Source: Octopus sinensis (taxonomy: Eukaryota). Taken from it: 64,000 bases of DNA. This document shows, one piece after another, positions 63,791 to 64,000 of this stretch. The first letter of the stretch is position 1. Every line of letters begins with the position of its first letter. The stretch spans positions 22,258,001 through 22,322,000 of the forward strand of contig NC_043000.1 in NCBI RefSeq assembly GCF_006345805.1. The letters are read 5' to 3'. The position numbers were made by a program, and so were the translations under genes. A model generated the notes under the pieces. The model did no database searches and was not told the origin of the DNA. It saw only the letters and a list, made by a program, of their open reading frames with translations.

Positions 63791-64000
63791 CATACATACA
63801 TCTACATACATACATACATACATACATACATACATACATACATAACATACATACATACATACATACATACATACATACATACATACATACATACATACAT
63901 ACATAACCTACATACATACATACATAATGTATGCTATAATGAATCCATAAACACATATAAAACATCCAAGGGTATATTTTTTTCCATTTGAAGATATTAT

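Overview
AT-rich, repeat-saturated animal non-coding DNA with no prokaryotic features. From memory the SINE families look like those of Octopus (cephalopod); this needs database confirmation. No host protein-coding gene can be firmly supported; there is one weak candidate exon. Most predicted ORFs are microsatellite or low-complexity translations or antisense reads of SINEs. Real coding remnants are all from transposons: a near-complete 5'-truncated RTE LINE (31.1-34.7 kb, minus) with a PHD-type finger inside its RT, an internally deleted RTE, a Gypsy integrase plus PPT and LTR piece, and CR1, R4/Dong-like, FLYWCH-MULE, piggyBac and mariner relics. There are many MITEs and at least five tRNA-headed SINE families. 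The most interesting signal is a set of hammerhead-ribozyme motifs of the Penelope-like minimal type I form. One has an intact catalytic core (30551-30632, minus) in a (TA)n-embedded non-coding element with direct and inverted repeats. One lies in the tail of a tRNA-headed SINE (43917-43962), and two are degenerate. A double-CRE plus CCAAT promoter-like site at about 20.7 kb precedes an apparent drop in CpG content.
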